A DNA stretch of 64,000 bases from sequence record PV400810.1. One strand, written 5' to 3'. This stretch comes from Pseudomonas phage vB_PaeM_GXNNA8. The notes beneath the pieces were generated by a model. That model was not told where the DNA came from. It did no database searches and saw only the letters and a list, made by a program, of their open reading frames with translations. Shown here in pieces: positions 37,027 to 46,275 of this stretch (the first letter of the stretch is position 1; each line of letters opens with the position of its first letter). A program made the translations under genes and the position numbers.

Positions 37027-38432
37027 GTGTTCGTACCCCCAGTGTTCCCACCCTCTTTAATAAAGATGTGGGGTGTAATACCTTTAATGGCTTTACGAAG
37101 ACCTTTAACCAACTTATCGTGCTCACCAATCTTCTTCTTGGCCTCCGCAACGGCTTCTTTAGCAGCTTTAACCGTTTCCTGTACTGCTGCCTTAGCCGCA
37201 CTAACCGCTTCTTTGTCTTCATCATTCCCACTGGTCTGCTGAGAGGCTTTCCTCAATTCAGCCAGGGTGGTATCAACCGCTTTCTTATCAGCCCGGAGTT
37301 TCTCACCGTTGACTTCTTCTTTCTTAAGAAGACCCAACAGTCCATCGATTACACCCCCTACGTCCGTGGGTGTCCGAAGCCGATTCACAACCTGAGACAT
37401 TGCCCCAGAGACATCCACCTTCTCCGCTAGGGTCTTAATCCCCTCACGTGCCTTGTCGTTGATGCTGACATTCTTGGTGGGCATGGATTGGACCGCTTTC
37501 TTATTGTCCTCCCCAGTCTTTGCTACGGCATCGTTGTCGGCTTTCTCTTTCTCAGACGACTCGTACCAAGCTTTCAGTTGTTCCCAGCCACTCAAAGCCG
37601 CTTGGTAGGCGTTCCGAGCAACCGCTTTAATGGAGTCAAAGACTTGACCCTCACTCCCTTCAATGGAACGGAGTTTAACCCCGTTCATTTCAGCAACAGT
37701 CATGAAATAATCACGGTCGGTGCTTTGAATACCATCCAGGTAATCTTCCAGACCCTGGAGAACATGCAATGGGTGGTCGAGCACACACCCGCATTCACAG
37801 GTATCACCTCCCGCACACTCCAACCCAGGAACCCCCCAATGATTGACCTCAATCGGATGGAGGTAGGTGTAGTCCATCGGCGCATACTCTTCCAAGCCCG
37901 CCAACAGCCCCTGACGAGAGGTTACGAAGATGTCCACCAAACTCAGAATCTTGTCAATGTATTCCAGTTTACGCGCGGTAGCGGAATACACTTCAGCTGG
38001 GGTGAGCTTCAGACTATCCTCATCCTGTTCCAGCAGGTAATTGACCAACCCTTTACCCTTGCTGATCAGTGCACCTACTCCTTCCGCCTCCGTAAATGCA
38101 CCACCCTTATTCCCCAACGAACAAATCAGCATGGAAATGTCCCGAGGGAATTGATAGATTCCGTTCTCAATACTACTCAGGGTTTCCTTCAGGTAACGGT
38201 CCAGGACAGCATTCACTTTCAACTCACTGGCGTCGTAATAGTCAAACTCACGACTGATAATATTCAGTGTGTTGACAATCTGACCCATGATGTGTTCTTC
38301 AGTTAATTGACTAATCCCATGTTTCTCCAGGTAGCTAATCAATTCAGGGGTCTTCTCCTCGGAGAGAACGTCCTTACCCACTTCCCCCAGGATCATCCCC
38401 AGCAAACCTAAACGATAGGCTGCGTTCATCAT
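37023..38432 (-). CDS. alpha-helical head/internal-protein-family paralog (TEAE|GVGALISKGKGL motif)
   Basis: Track ORF is 37023..38495. The ATG pair at 38432 follows AAGGGGA. Helical, with a G-x-E-type site near the N-terminus. Confidence 0.5.
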   Translation of the reverse strand: MMNAAYRLGLLGMILGEVGKDVLSEEKTPELISYLEKHGISQLTEEHIMGQIVNTLNIISREFDYYDASELKVNAVLDRYLKETLSSIENGIYQFPRDISMLICSLGNKGGAFTEAEGVGALISKGKGLVNYLLEQDEDSLKLTPAEVYSATARKLEYIDKILSLVDIFVTSRQGLLAGLEEYAPMDYTYLHPIEVNHWGVPGLECAGGDTCECGCVLDHPLHVLQGLEDYLDGIQSTDRDYFMTVAEMNGVKLRSIEGSEGQVFDSIKAVARNAYQAALSGWEQLKAWYESSEKEKADNDAVAKTGEDNKKAVQSMPTKNVSINDKAREGIKTLAEKVDVSGAMSQVVNRLRTPTDVGGVIDGLLGLLKKEEVNGEKLRADKKAVDTTLAELRKASQQTSGNDEDKEAVSAAKAAVQETVKAAKEAVAEAKKKIGEHDKLVKGLRKAIKGITPHIFIKEGGNTGGTNT

Positions 38433-38439
38433 CGTCCCC

Positions 38440-38925
38440 TTACTTAACCTTAACGGTGACATTACCCTTGTAAATCGTCGAGTAACGTGCGTCAATTATG
38501 AGAGTGTCGTTAACCAGGCCCAAGTCGACTTCGTGACGGTAGAGACCGGGTAACCCTACAAAACTCCGCCAGAGTTCAAAGTACGTGGTATGAGGATCAT
38601 CCTCCTTGAGGACGAGGGGGGTGCTGGGTTGAACAATCGGTTCCTGTTCCTCTGGGATCACCCCCAGCTTTTCCTGGAGAAGACTCACAACGATCTCAGG
38701 CGTTTCCTTATAAGTCACCTGGCTAATGTCCTGGGGAATCCCCTTTAGGAACTCTCCGAGATCCAAGCGTTCAATCAGGACACCCTGACGCAGTTCTCCA
38801 TGGGGGATGTATTTGAACACCGCATCGTTAACCCTCGTAGTAATCCCAAACCGAGGGTTAATGTCAGTGTAACCACCCAATGCGGCTTTCACCACAACAG
38901 ATTGATTCAATAAGCTAAGCTGCAT
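38440..38925 (-). CDS. hypothetical protein (161 aa)
   Basis: ORF within the head-protein cluster. Confidence 0.5.
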   Translation of the reverse strand: MQLSLLNQSVVVKAALGGYTDINPRFGITTRVNDAVFKYIPHGELRQGVLIERLDLGEFLKGIPQDISQVTYKETPEIVVSLLQEKLGVIPEEQEPIVQPSTPLVLKEDDPHTTYFELWRSFVGLPGLYRHEVDLGLVNDTLIIDARYSTIYKGNVTVKVK

Positions 38926-38930
38926 AGCCT

Positions 38931-39998
38931 TTAGCTCCTTCTCTTCACAGCGGCTTCCAACACCGCGTAAACAGCGTTAGCACTCCGGTACACTTCCGTC
39001 TCCATGACTTTAAGACTCGCCATGGCATTACGAATCACGGCTTTCATTTCCTTGATGACAACCTGAGCTTCAGGAGACGCCTCTTTAACGTTCAGACTTG
39101 CCATTAACGCCGTTACAAAGTCATTCTCCAACGAATGGACCTTAGTGTTCATGTCCTTGAGGGATTCTGTTAGACGATTGTGCTTGACCAGGAGTTCACG
39201 TACCTGGGAGACATTGGTCTTAAAGGTCGCGTTCTTCACTCGATCATTCGACAAGACACCCAGTTCCCGCGTCAGGTTAATCGTCACGTCCACGGTGTTC
39301 TTACCCACGACCAGGTCATCTTTAAACACCAGTGTGGCTTCCTGGTTCGCATTCACCCCTAACAGACCCTTAACCTCTTGGTAGAAGGCATTCCCCTTGG
39401 TACTGAATTCCGTGTATTTCGAATGGTCAATCAGACGACCCAATTCCTTACAGAAGTTCCCTACACTCGAACTGTACCGTTCAATCGTCTTAATCCCACG
39501 CTCAATATCCCCGATGACGGTACCTACCCACCCCACATTCGACGGTAACCTGCCCGTTTTAGGGAAGATATAAAAGGCGGCTTTGGGATACGGAATGTCA
39601 TCCTCCCGTACACCGTTGGCTTTAAGAGCGACCTCCAGTTCATCTCCTTTGTCTTTCAGGGCTTTCCCTTTGGTCCCAAAGAAACTCCAGATCCACTTAA
39701 AGAAATCCTTAACCACTTGAATGAGTTTACCGATACCGTGTTTAACGGAATCAATAAACCCCTCAGTACCGGTCGAAGCAGTCAACCGATTCTGATGTCG
39801 GTGGAGAACGTAGTTGTAGACACTTTCTAATCCACTGATCTTGTCGTTCTCTCTGGAGAGTGCAACCATAGTCGTTTCGTCGTTGACTAGATCATAACCC
39901 TCCCTATCCTCCTCATACTCTTCATACACCGTCGGTGAATTCACGTATCGGAGGGGTGCTACAGGATGCGTATTCATCGTTAACAACCTAATAGTCAA
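38931..39998 (-). CDS. head/internal-protein-family paralog (GTE|GFIDSVKHGIGKLIQVVKDFF)
   Basis: Shares the conserved N-terminal motif with 40105, 51062 and 56337. Confidence 0.55.
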   Translation of the reverse strand: MTIRLLTMNTHPVAPLRYVNSPTVYEEYEEDREGYDLVNDETTMVALSRENDKISGLESVYNYVLHRHQNRLTASTGTEGFIDSVKHGIGKLIQVVKDFFKWIWSFFGTKGKALKDKGDELEVALKANGVREDDIPYPKAAFYIFPKTGRLPSNVGWVGTVIGDIERGIKTIERYSSSVGNFCKELGRLIDHSKYTEFSTKGNAFYQEVKGLLGVNANQEATLVFKDDLVVGKNTVDVTINLTRELGVLSNDRVKNATFKTNVSQVRELLVKHNRLTESLKDMNTKVHSLENDFVTALMASLNVKEASPEAQVVIKEMKAVIRNAMASLKVMETEVYRSANAVYAVLEAAVKRRS

Positions 39999-40041
39999 GT
40001 TGAGTACATAGCATCGAAATTACAGTATTGCGACATAAAGG

Positions 40042-40073
40042 CTACAGGTAGGGGGATATCCCCCTACCTGTAG
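40042..40073 (-). terminator. perfect 32-nt palindrome CTACAGGTAGGGGGATATCCCCCTACCTGTAG downstream of the GC-rich acidic-propeptide gene
   Basis: 14-bp stem with an ATAT loop. Confidence 0.6.
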
Positions 40074-40104
40074 TACCTCTAGGAATAGATCCTAACACTC
40101 GACC

Positions 40105-41361
40105 TTACAGGTGAGCCGCAACCAGATCCAGCGATTGCTTGGCTTGGTAAGCCAGCAGACGGTTGACCGACTGGGTCAGGCTCGCACCGGTGCTGTACAG
40201 CGCGCGCACCAGTTTGATCGCCTTGTCAGCATCACCCTTGGCGTCTTTGTCACCACCTTTGGCGTTCAGGGTGCCGACGACACGGTCACGTTCAGCCTTG
40301 GAGAACTTCTGGCTGATCTTGCTGTCTTTCAGAACGAATACAGTAGCGCTCACAGTTTTCAGCAGGCTTTCCAGTTGTGCTTTGGTTGCCTTGACAGCCA
40401 CTTCACCTTTGGCGAACTCGGCAGCGTCCTTGTTCTTGCCGAAGGACAGCTTGACGGAACGCGCGGCAGCCAGGACTTCTTCATCGGTATCGACCTTCTC
40501 TTCGTAGGTCAGGTAGATACCGAAGCCGGCACGTGCAGCCAGGACTTGACGCTTGTCACCGGAACCTTTCTCAGTGGCATTGCCACCGGTTTCTTTCACA
40601 ACGGCTTTGACGTCAGCGACCAGGCTGTTGTACGCAGTCTTGAACTGGGAGGCGTTGACACCGTCGAGGTTCTTGCCGATGTCGATGAAGGCCGGCAGGG
40701 ATTCGCTCAGGACTTTGGTAAACGGACCTTTGTCCAGGATGTCCGCGCCGTTCTTGGCATAGTCGACACCGATGTTCCATTTGCCCAGCTTGACTTTCTC
40801 TTTCAGCTTGTCGGCTTTACCGAGTTTGTCGGCGAGCTGAGCACGACGACGGTCGATACCGGCAGCGGTGCTGAACAGACCCACGAAGAAGTTGATGACG
40901 GTGTTGAAGATCGCCTTGATGAACTCGGCGGCTTTCTTACCGGCATTCTTCACGGTGTCCATGAAGGCTTCAACGCCGGTCACCGAAGCGATCTTGGCGG
41001 TGGCAGCGTCGGAGATGGATTCCGCACCCAGGCGTTCGAAGGATTGGCCGCCCAGCTTGGCGTTCAGACGCAGGGCCTTGTTGTAGCTGTGAGCGAAACC
41101 AACGGAGCTGAACTGACCCGAGCTCAGCATGCTTTCCAGGCCTTCGACTTCTTCAGCCAGTTCTTCGACGACTTCTTCGTGCTCTTCCAGGTCATCACGC
41201 AGTTCTTCGACTTCAGCCGCGACCTGTTCTACCTCTGCCACAACCTCGGCGATGTCAGCACGCACTTCTTCGACAGCGGCTTCGGTCACACCATCTTCGA
41301 GGTTGTCCGCGCCGTTCTCCAGAAGCTCTTCCATGCCAGTGTAGCGATCGAGAATACTCAT
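40105..41361 (-). CDS. head/internal-protein-family paralog with ~110-aa poly-acidic coiled-coil propeptide (GVE|AFMDTVKNAGKKAAEFIKAIF); compositionally GC-rich, probably very highly expressed (scaffold/internal core-like)
   Basis: Track ORF is 40105..41469. The ATG at 41361 follows AAGGAAA. The N-terminus is E-rich (EVEELRDDLEEHEEVVEELAEEVEG). The gene is visibly more GC-rich than its neighbours and is followed by the 32-nt palindrome at 40042-40073. Confidence 0.55.
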   Translation of the reverse strand: MSILDRYTGMEELLENGADNLEDGVTEAAVEEVRADIAEVVAEVEQVAAEVEELRDDLEEHEEVVEELAEEVEGLESMLSSGQFSSVGFAHSYNKALRLNAKLGGQSFERLGAESISDAATAKIASVTGVEAFMDTVKNAGKKAAEFIKAIFNTVINFFVGLFSTAAGIDRRRAQLADKLGKADKLKEKVKLGKWNIGVDYAKNGADILDKGPFTKVLSESLPAFIDIGKNLDGVNASQFKTAYNSLVADVKAVVKETGGNATEKGSGDKRQVLAARAGFGIYLTYEEKVDTDEEVLAAARSVKLSFGKNKDAAEFAKGEVAVKATKAQLESLLKTVSATVFVLKDSKISQKFSKAERDRVVGTLNAKGGDKDAKGDADKAIKLVRALYSTGASLTQSVNRLLAYQAKQSLDLVAAHL

Positions 41362-41413
41362 GAGTTGTTTCCTTTGTTTCGTTAACGAAATGAAATGATT
41401 GTTTATAAACAAA

Positions 41414-42427
41414 TCAAGCGAATACCCCAAGTACACCATGAATGTACTTATCGGTATAACCGACCACACGAGGAGTGAATCCGCTATAAAATGCGAGCGC
41501 TCCCATGTTTCCAGCCATCAGCTTCTCAGCTTCGCCTATTACCGTCTTACTCACTTGATCCAATTGACTCAAGTTACCATCAACACCTTTGACCATTTCT
41601 GCCCAAGATTTGATGAATCCGAGATAACTCTCATACGATGCCTTAACCCGCAAGTGCAACGCATTGACCTTCCCGAGTTTATTCAGGATGTCAGTGACCT
41701 CGGTTTTAGACAGGTTCAGGGTCACCCCTTCCCCTTCATGCGGTTCACCCCCAATGGAATACACCGCAGGTTTATCGTCTTCTTCCTGTTTGAAGAGGAA
41801 GAAACGACCACCCGGTAGCACCTCAGACTTATACGCCTTATCCAACCGGTCAGCGAACTTCATAACGGGATATTCCAACCCGTTGAACGCATCAATGACC
41901 TTGTGAATGTCTTCGGACTTCTTAGCCGATTTCAACTGCTTCAAGGTCACCAATTCACGGTCCAAGAACCCCATCAGGTCTTTGGCGTGTTGTTCAACGA
42001 CTTCGAGGTCCTTAACCAGAAGATCCATGTCGTGGAGAATACGGTCAGGGTTACCCGTCGCAGTAATCAGTCCAATCTTCTTGCCAGTAACCTGAATATC
42101 TTTGTCAGCCACCTTACCAGCGTCTTTAAGGACATTTTTAATAAGTCCTTGATTGTCATTGAAACTCTTATTCAGTTGATTACCTGCGGTCGTCATACCA
42201 CGAATAAAGCCATCAATCGCTTTACCCCCGACCCATTTACTCACACTGAACAAACCCCGACCCACCGAAGACAAGCTGTCCATGGCGGCTTCTTTCAACG
42301 CCTCACTGCCCTCGACATCATCCATTCCCATGATACTGCCCAACTCAAGGAGTTCTGAGTGAGCCTGCATCAGGTCCTGGTGTTGTTCGAGGGCATCAAC
42401 GTATTGGCTTTTATAACCCGCGCTCAT
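41414..42427 (-). CDS. head/internal-protein-family paralog (alpha-helical)
   Basis: Track ORF is 41414..42505 (TTG start). I prefer the ATG at 42427 (MSAGYKS). Confidence 0.5.
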   Translation of the reverse strand: MSAGYKSQYVDALEQHQDLMQAHSELLELGSIMGMDDVEGSEALKEAAMDSLSSVGRGLFSVSKWVGGKAIDGFIRGMTTAGNQLNKSFNDNQGLIKNVLKDAGKVADKDIQVTGKKIGLITATGNPDRILHDMDLLVKDLEVVEQHAKDLMGFLDRELVTLKQLKSAKKSEDIHKVIDAFNGLEYPVMKFADRLDKAYKSEVLPGGRFFLFKQEEDDKPAVYSIGGEPHEGEGVTLNLSKTEVTDILNKLGKVNALHLRVKASYESYLGFIKSWAEMVKGVDGNLSQLDQVSKTVIGEAEKLMAGNMGALAFYSGFTPRVVGYTDKYIHGVLGVFA

Positions 42428-42440
42428 ACCCTCACCCCGC

Positions 42441-43751
42441 TTAGTCCAGGCTTTCTTCGTAAAGCCCAATGGAATCGTTACAGATAGACACCATCCCGTT
42501 GACAATCAGAGTGAGGTAGTTCGAGACCTCAGCGCGAATACCCAAGAGCTCGGTTTGGTTCTTACGAACGACTTTAGCGAACGTCTTCGACAACACCGTC
42601 TTCGCCTCATCACTGATATCGGCTTCCAGGAAACCTTTAATGATGTCGTTGTAATCCGAATCCGTTACGCGGTAGGTCTCCGCCATCTCAAAGACCTTAC
42701 CCCAGTCTTTCAAGAGCTGGCGCAGGAGTTTGATGACGGTCTTAATGTCTTCACTCGACAACGCCTTCACTTCAGCCCCAACATCCCGAAGGGTATACTC
42801 TTCGTTGTTATCGAAACCGGTGTGATCAATTTCAGTGTAACGGATCACAAAGTCTTGAATGTCGTCAGGGTTCTTCAGGATCACCGGTTTAACGGTACTG
42901 CGAACATCGTAGAAGTATGCACCGCCCATCAGCTCGACCGACCGTTTAGCCACCACGTTAGGTCCCGAACGGCGTTTATCCGGATAAGTACATTCCTTAA
43001 ACGGCGTTGATGGCAGACTCACCGGCATCATGCAGAGGCGTTCATCCACTTCCACTTGGGTCAGACCTGAGAACCCACCGAAGTAACTGAACGATGCCGC
43101 CAACGCATTCTTGCTGTTGAGGTAGTAGTTATTACTCAGACCCGACAGGGTTTGATTGAGCTTGGTCAGGTTACCCACCCAGTTCTCATCCACTTTACCG
43201 TTGATCTTAAACCGGTTAAAGAGACGGTGACCCAGGATAAAGGTACCTTGACTCCCAAACTTCTCAACAGAGGACAACCGGGTTTCCAGCAGGTCAATCT
43301 GCTTACTCAGACTCTCCTGGGATTCCATAAAGAGAACGTACGAATCCCGGAAGAAGGTCCCAATCAAACTGACTACTTCCCGGGAGCTCTTAAAGAAGTC
43401 GCTCAGGAAGCTCTCACAGCCCGCTAGACGCGTTGCAAGGTACGCCTTAGGGAGAAGGGTAAGCCCCAAGGCTTCCGCCCCTTCTACGGCCTCTGGGAGG
43501 GCTTCTGCGGCAATCAGGTCTTTATCGAGCTGTTCAGCCAGCTCCGGCGTCACCTCGTGGGCTTCCAGGGTGTTCAACGTGCGTTGGACTTCAATCACGC
43601 GATCGAACAGATCATCGAGGCTGTTCTGGTACTCCGACAGTTCCGCCGTGGAACGGGCGGCTTCCACGATCTCCTGGGATTTGACTGCACTGACCGCAGC
43701 CATTTCAGCAGCCAACGTCTTTTCATCATCATTCATTGCACTCTTCTCCAC
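42441..43751 (-). CDS. head/internal-protein-family paralog (alpha-helical; GAE|ALGL site)
   Basis: 436-aa ORF. Confidence 0.5.
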   Translation of the reverse strand: MEKSAMNDDEKTLAAEMAAVSAVKSQEIVEAARSTAELSEYQNSLDDLFDRVIEVQRTLNTLEAHEVTPELAEQLDKDLIAAEALPEAVEGAEALGLTLLPKAYLATRLAGCESFLSDFFKSSREVVSLIGTFFRDSYVLFMESQESLSKQIDLLETRLSSVEKFGSQGTFILGHRLFNRFKINGKVDENWVGNLTKLNQTLSGLSNNYYLNSKNALAASFSYFGGFSGLTQVEVDERLCMMPVSLPSTPFKECTYPDKRRSGPNVVAKRSVELMGGAYFYDVRSTVKPVILKNPDDIQDFVIRYTEIDHTGFDNNEEYTLRDVGAEVKALSSEDIKTVIKLLRQLLKDWGKVFEMAETYRVTDSDYNDIIKGFLEADISDEAKTVLSKTFAKVVRKNQTELLGIRAEVSNYLTLIVNGMVSICNDSIGLYEESLD

Positions 43752-43758
43752 CTAAGGG

Positions 43759-44271
43759 TCAGCTGTAGTAATTCTCACCGCCCAGTAGCAACAAGGTCCG
43801 CCCTACATTGGAAGGACTGATACCGGACATTAGGCGATAGAGATCGTAGTCGTGGACGATGTAGCCGTCTTCCAGGAGCGGAAGCGGACTGCCCGTGGTT
43901 TGGGTTTGGCGGTAGGTCGCTTTACGTACTTTCGACGCACTCAGGAGTTTACGCTCCTCAATACGAAGCGACGTAATCAGCGAGTGGTGACCCATACGCC
44001 CATTGAGGTAATGAACAATGTCTTTGATCAATCCTGCAATAGGTCCACGGCCACTGTCGTAGTTGGCTTCCATGAACTGACGGAAACTGGGACCCACCAA
44101 CCGAGTGACATCCCGAATGGTTTCAATGGCCACATGACCTTTGATGACCAATTCGAAATCACTGTACGCATCCTTCCGGAGGAGATTGAGGTTAGTAAAG
44201 GCCTCCGTCATCTCCGCATCCGTCAGCTTTGCGTTCACAAACCCATTGGGGGAGCGACGAAAACTATTCAT
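43759..44271 (-). CDS. hypothetical protein (~170 aa)
   Basis: Track ORF is 43759..44364. The ATG at 44271 gives an 8-nt overlap with the upstream stop. Confidence 0.45.
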   Translation of the reverse strand: MNSFRRSPNGFVNAKLTDAEMTEAFTNLNLLRKDAYSDFELVIKGHVAIETIRDVTRLVGPSFRQFMEANYDSGRGPIAGLIKDIVHYLNGRMGHHSLITSLRIEERKLLSASKVRKATYRQTQTTGSPLPLLEDGYIVHDYDLYRLMSGISPSNVGRTLLLLGGENYYS

Positions 44272-45148
44272 AGCGTCTCTCGATGGTTTCAATGGTGTTA
44301 ACGTTCTTGATGATCTCGTCCTGAAGCACCTCGATCTGACGATCGATTTCAGCATCGTTGACACCGTTCTTCATGTTCACGGCTTTCGAGATCTTCATGG
44401 CGAAGAGTTCGTTGTCCCGACGCATCTTCTCGATACGTGCAATGTTCAGGTTCATGTTCGCCAAACTGATCCAATACTTCGGATTCAGCAAATGGACCCC
44501 AAAGCCTCGCTTCAGGTAATCCGGAGCGGCTTTAGGGTCAGTGGCTTCCAGAACAGCCAACGAGGTTTCATTGACTTCCACGTCCGGAAGATCATCCAGA
44601 CCCTCCAGGAGACGACGAGAGCCTTTCAGGAGGTCCAAGGTAACCGACTTGTAGAACTCCAGGGTCCCATTCACCAGTTTCAAGTCGGCCTTATCCAAGG
44701 CCTTCTCAGGGGTGGTGACCGACTGGTTGTTCAAGTCCAGCAGAACATTGTAGACCATATTGGTGTATTTCAACCAATACTCCATGTGTTCCATCAGGTT
44801 CAGGATATTGACTTGACGCAAGGTCAGGAGCTTACCGTCCCAGACTTCGTCTTTATACCCATTCACCCGTTTCGTTAACTCGGGGACCAAACTGATAATC
44901 GTTTCACACGATCCCCGGGTAGCACCCACCAAGCCTACACCCCGGTACCCGTTATTGTCCAGTTCACGAACAATACTCTTGGTAATCACCCACTGATTGA
45001 TTTCATGGCTCAAATCCACCTTATTCGCCACCATTCGTTCGAGGTTCGAAATCAGGTCGTTACTGGCCACCGTGAGGGTAGTGAGTTTGGTTATCAGTTC
45101 GTTCTTCTTGAACGTCTTAACACCCTTCACGTATTCAAAGATATTCAT
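44264..45148 (-). CDS. hypothetical protein (294 aa)
   Basis: ORF. Confidence 0.55.
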   Translation of the reverse strand: MNIFEYVKGVKTFKKNELITKLTTLTVASNDLISNLERMVANKVDLSHEINQWVITKSIVRELDNNGYRGVGLVGATRGSCETIISLVPELTKRVNGYKDEVWDGKLLTLRQVNILNLMEHMEYWLKYTNMVYNVLLDLNNQSVTTPEKALDKADLKLVNGTLEFYKSVTLDLLKGSRRLLEGLDDLPDVEVNETSLAVLEATDPKAAPDYLKRGFGVHLLNPKYWISLANMNLNIARIEKMRRDNELFAMKISKAVNMKNGVNDAEIDRQIEVLQDEIIKNVNTIETIERRYE

Positions 45149-46242
45149 TAGAGACCCCCGTTGAGCAATTTAACGAGATCTTGTAGCGTGTTCGCAGAGC
45201 CTTCTTTCTTGGACTTAACGGACAAGTCTCGACGTGTGTAAACTTCCGGCATGGTTTGACCATCGGTGTAGAACGTGAAAATACCCCGGTCATCATTCAC
45301 GATAACGAGGGTATTCGCCGAAATACTCTCGAAGATTTTTTCACGGCTAACCGGGTCCGCAAACTTACGACCGATTTCCAGTTCGAGCTGAGTCGCCGTA
45401 TCCTGAGTGATGATGACCGTGTTCGCCATGGAGTTCATGCTAATGATACCCGTGCGAATCGCTTCCAGCTTATTCTGGGTATCCCGCTTCATGGCTTCCT
45501 TGTAATACCCAGAGGTATCACCCATCTTCGCTTTAAAACGGGCTTTAACGATGTCACTACCATCAAACCACTGAGGCGTGGTGATCTCGCCACTCTTCTT
45601 CATGATCCACCGCATCTTCAACCCTTCATCGGGTTTAGCGGCAGAGAAGAGGGTCACCAGGTTCTCATGGGTCACCGGGATCGGGATCTGACGGATAGTA
45701 AGGGGAACTTCGATCTTGTTACCATTCGCTCCGTAGAGCGTGGCGTTCACCACTTTACCCACCGCCAGGGGGGTGAACTCCATCAGTTCACTGTAGGTCT
45801 TGCCATTGACTTGAACTTGGTTCGGGGTAGCCGGGTCTTTGGGTTTGATGTTGTTATCCATCGCTTCCAGTCCCGAGAAGAGACTCATCATCCCACCGCG
45901 GTTGGGACTGATGCTCCCGATGAGGTTCTCTACCTTAACCCCCACTTCCACGGAATTCTGCAACGCGAGGTGAGTCAGTGTTGCGGTAATATCCCGTAGG
46001 GTCACCACTGTCATGAGATCCGGGGTGTATTCCTGGTGGATAAGGGACCCCTCAATGGCGACCATCGGATTCAAAATAGTGCGGGCTGCACTACGTTGTA
46101 CCGAGCTCGTGGAAATCACATTGTATGAATGTTTGGCCCGGTCCGTTACTTGGGCCGCCGAGGCAATATCCTTGCTCTCAGGATACAGCTGCTTGGCGAT
46201 GTCCAAGAAGAAGGAACCTAGAGACAATACTTGTCCTATCAT
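45148..46242 (-). CDS. hypothetical virion-type protein (364 aa)
   Basis: ORF. Divergent from the 46276 plus-strand island. Confidence 0.55.
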   Translation of the reverse strand: MIGQVLSLGSFFLDIAKQLYPESKDIASAAQVTDRAKHSYNVISTSSVQRSAARTILNPMVAIEGSLIHQEYTPDLMTVVTLRDITATLTHLALQNSVEVGVKVENLIGSISPNRGGMMSLFSGLEAMDNNIKPKDPATPNQVQVNGKTYSELMEFTPLAVGKVVNATLYGANGNKIEVPLTIRQIPIPVTHENLVTLFSAAKPDEGLKMRWIMKKSGEITTPQWFDGSDIVKARFKAKMGDTSGYYKEAMKRDTQNKLEAIRTGIISMNSMANTVIITQDTATQLELEIGRKFADPVSREKIFESISANTLVIVNDDRGIFTFYTDGQTMPEVYTRRDLSVKSKKEGSANTLQDLVKLLNGGL

Positions 46243-46275
46243 GATAAACCCCTGATCACTTTAAGGTAATAAACA

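Noticed and set aside
40111-41385. 424-aa plus-strand ORF opposite the GC-rich acidic-propeptide gene
   Set aside because: A GC-rich region produces a long open antisense frame. The product is low-complexity (S/T/A/R runs). The minus-strand gene has an RBS and a palindromic terminator.
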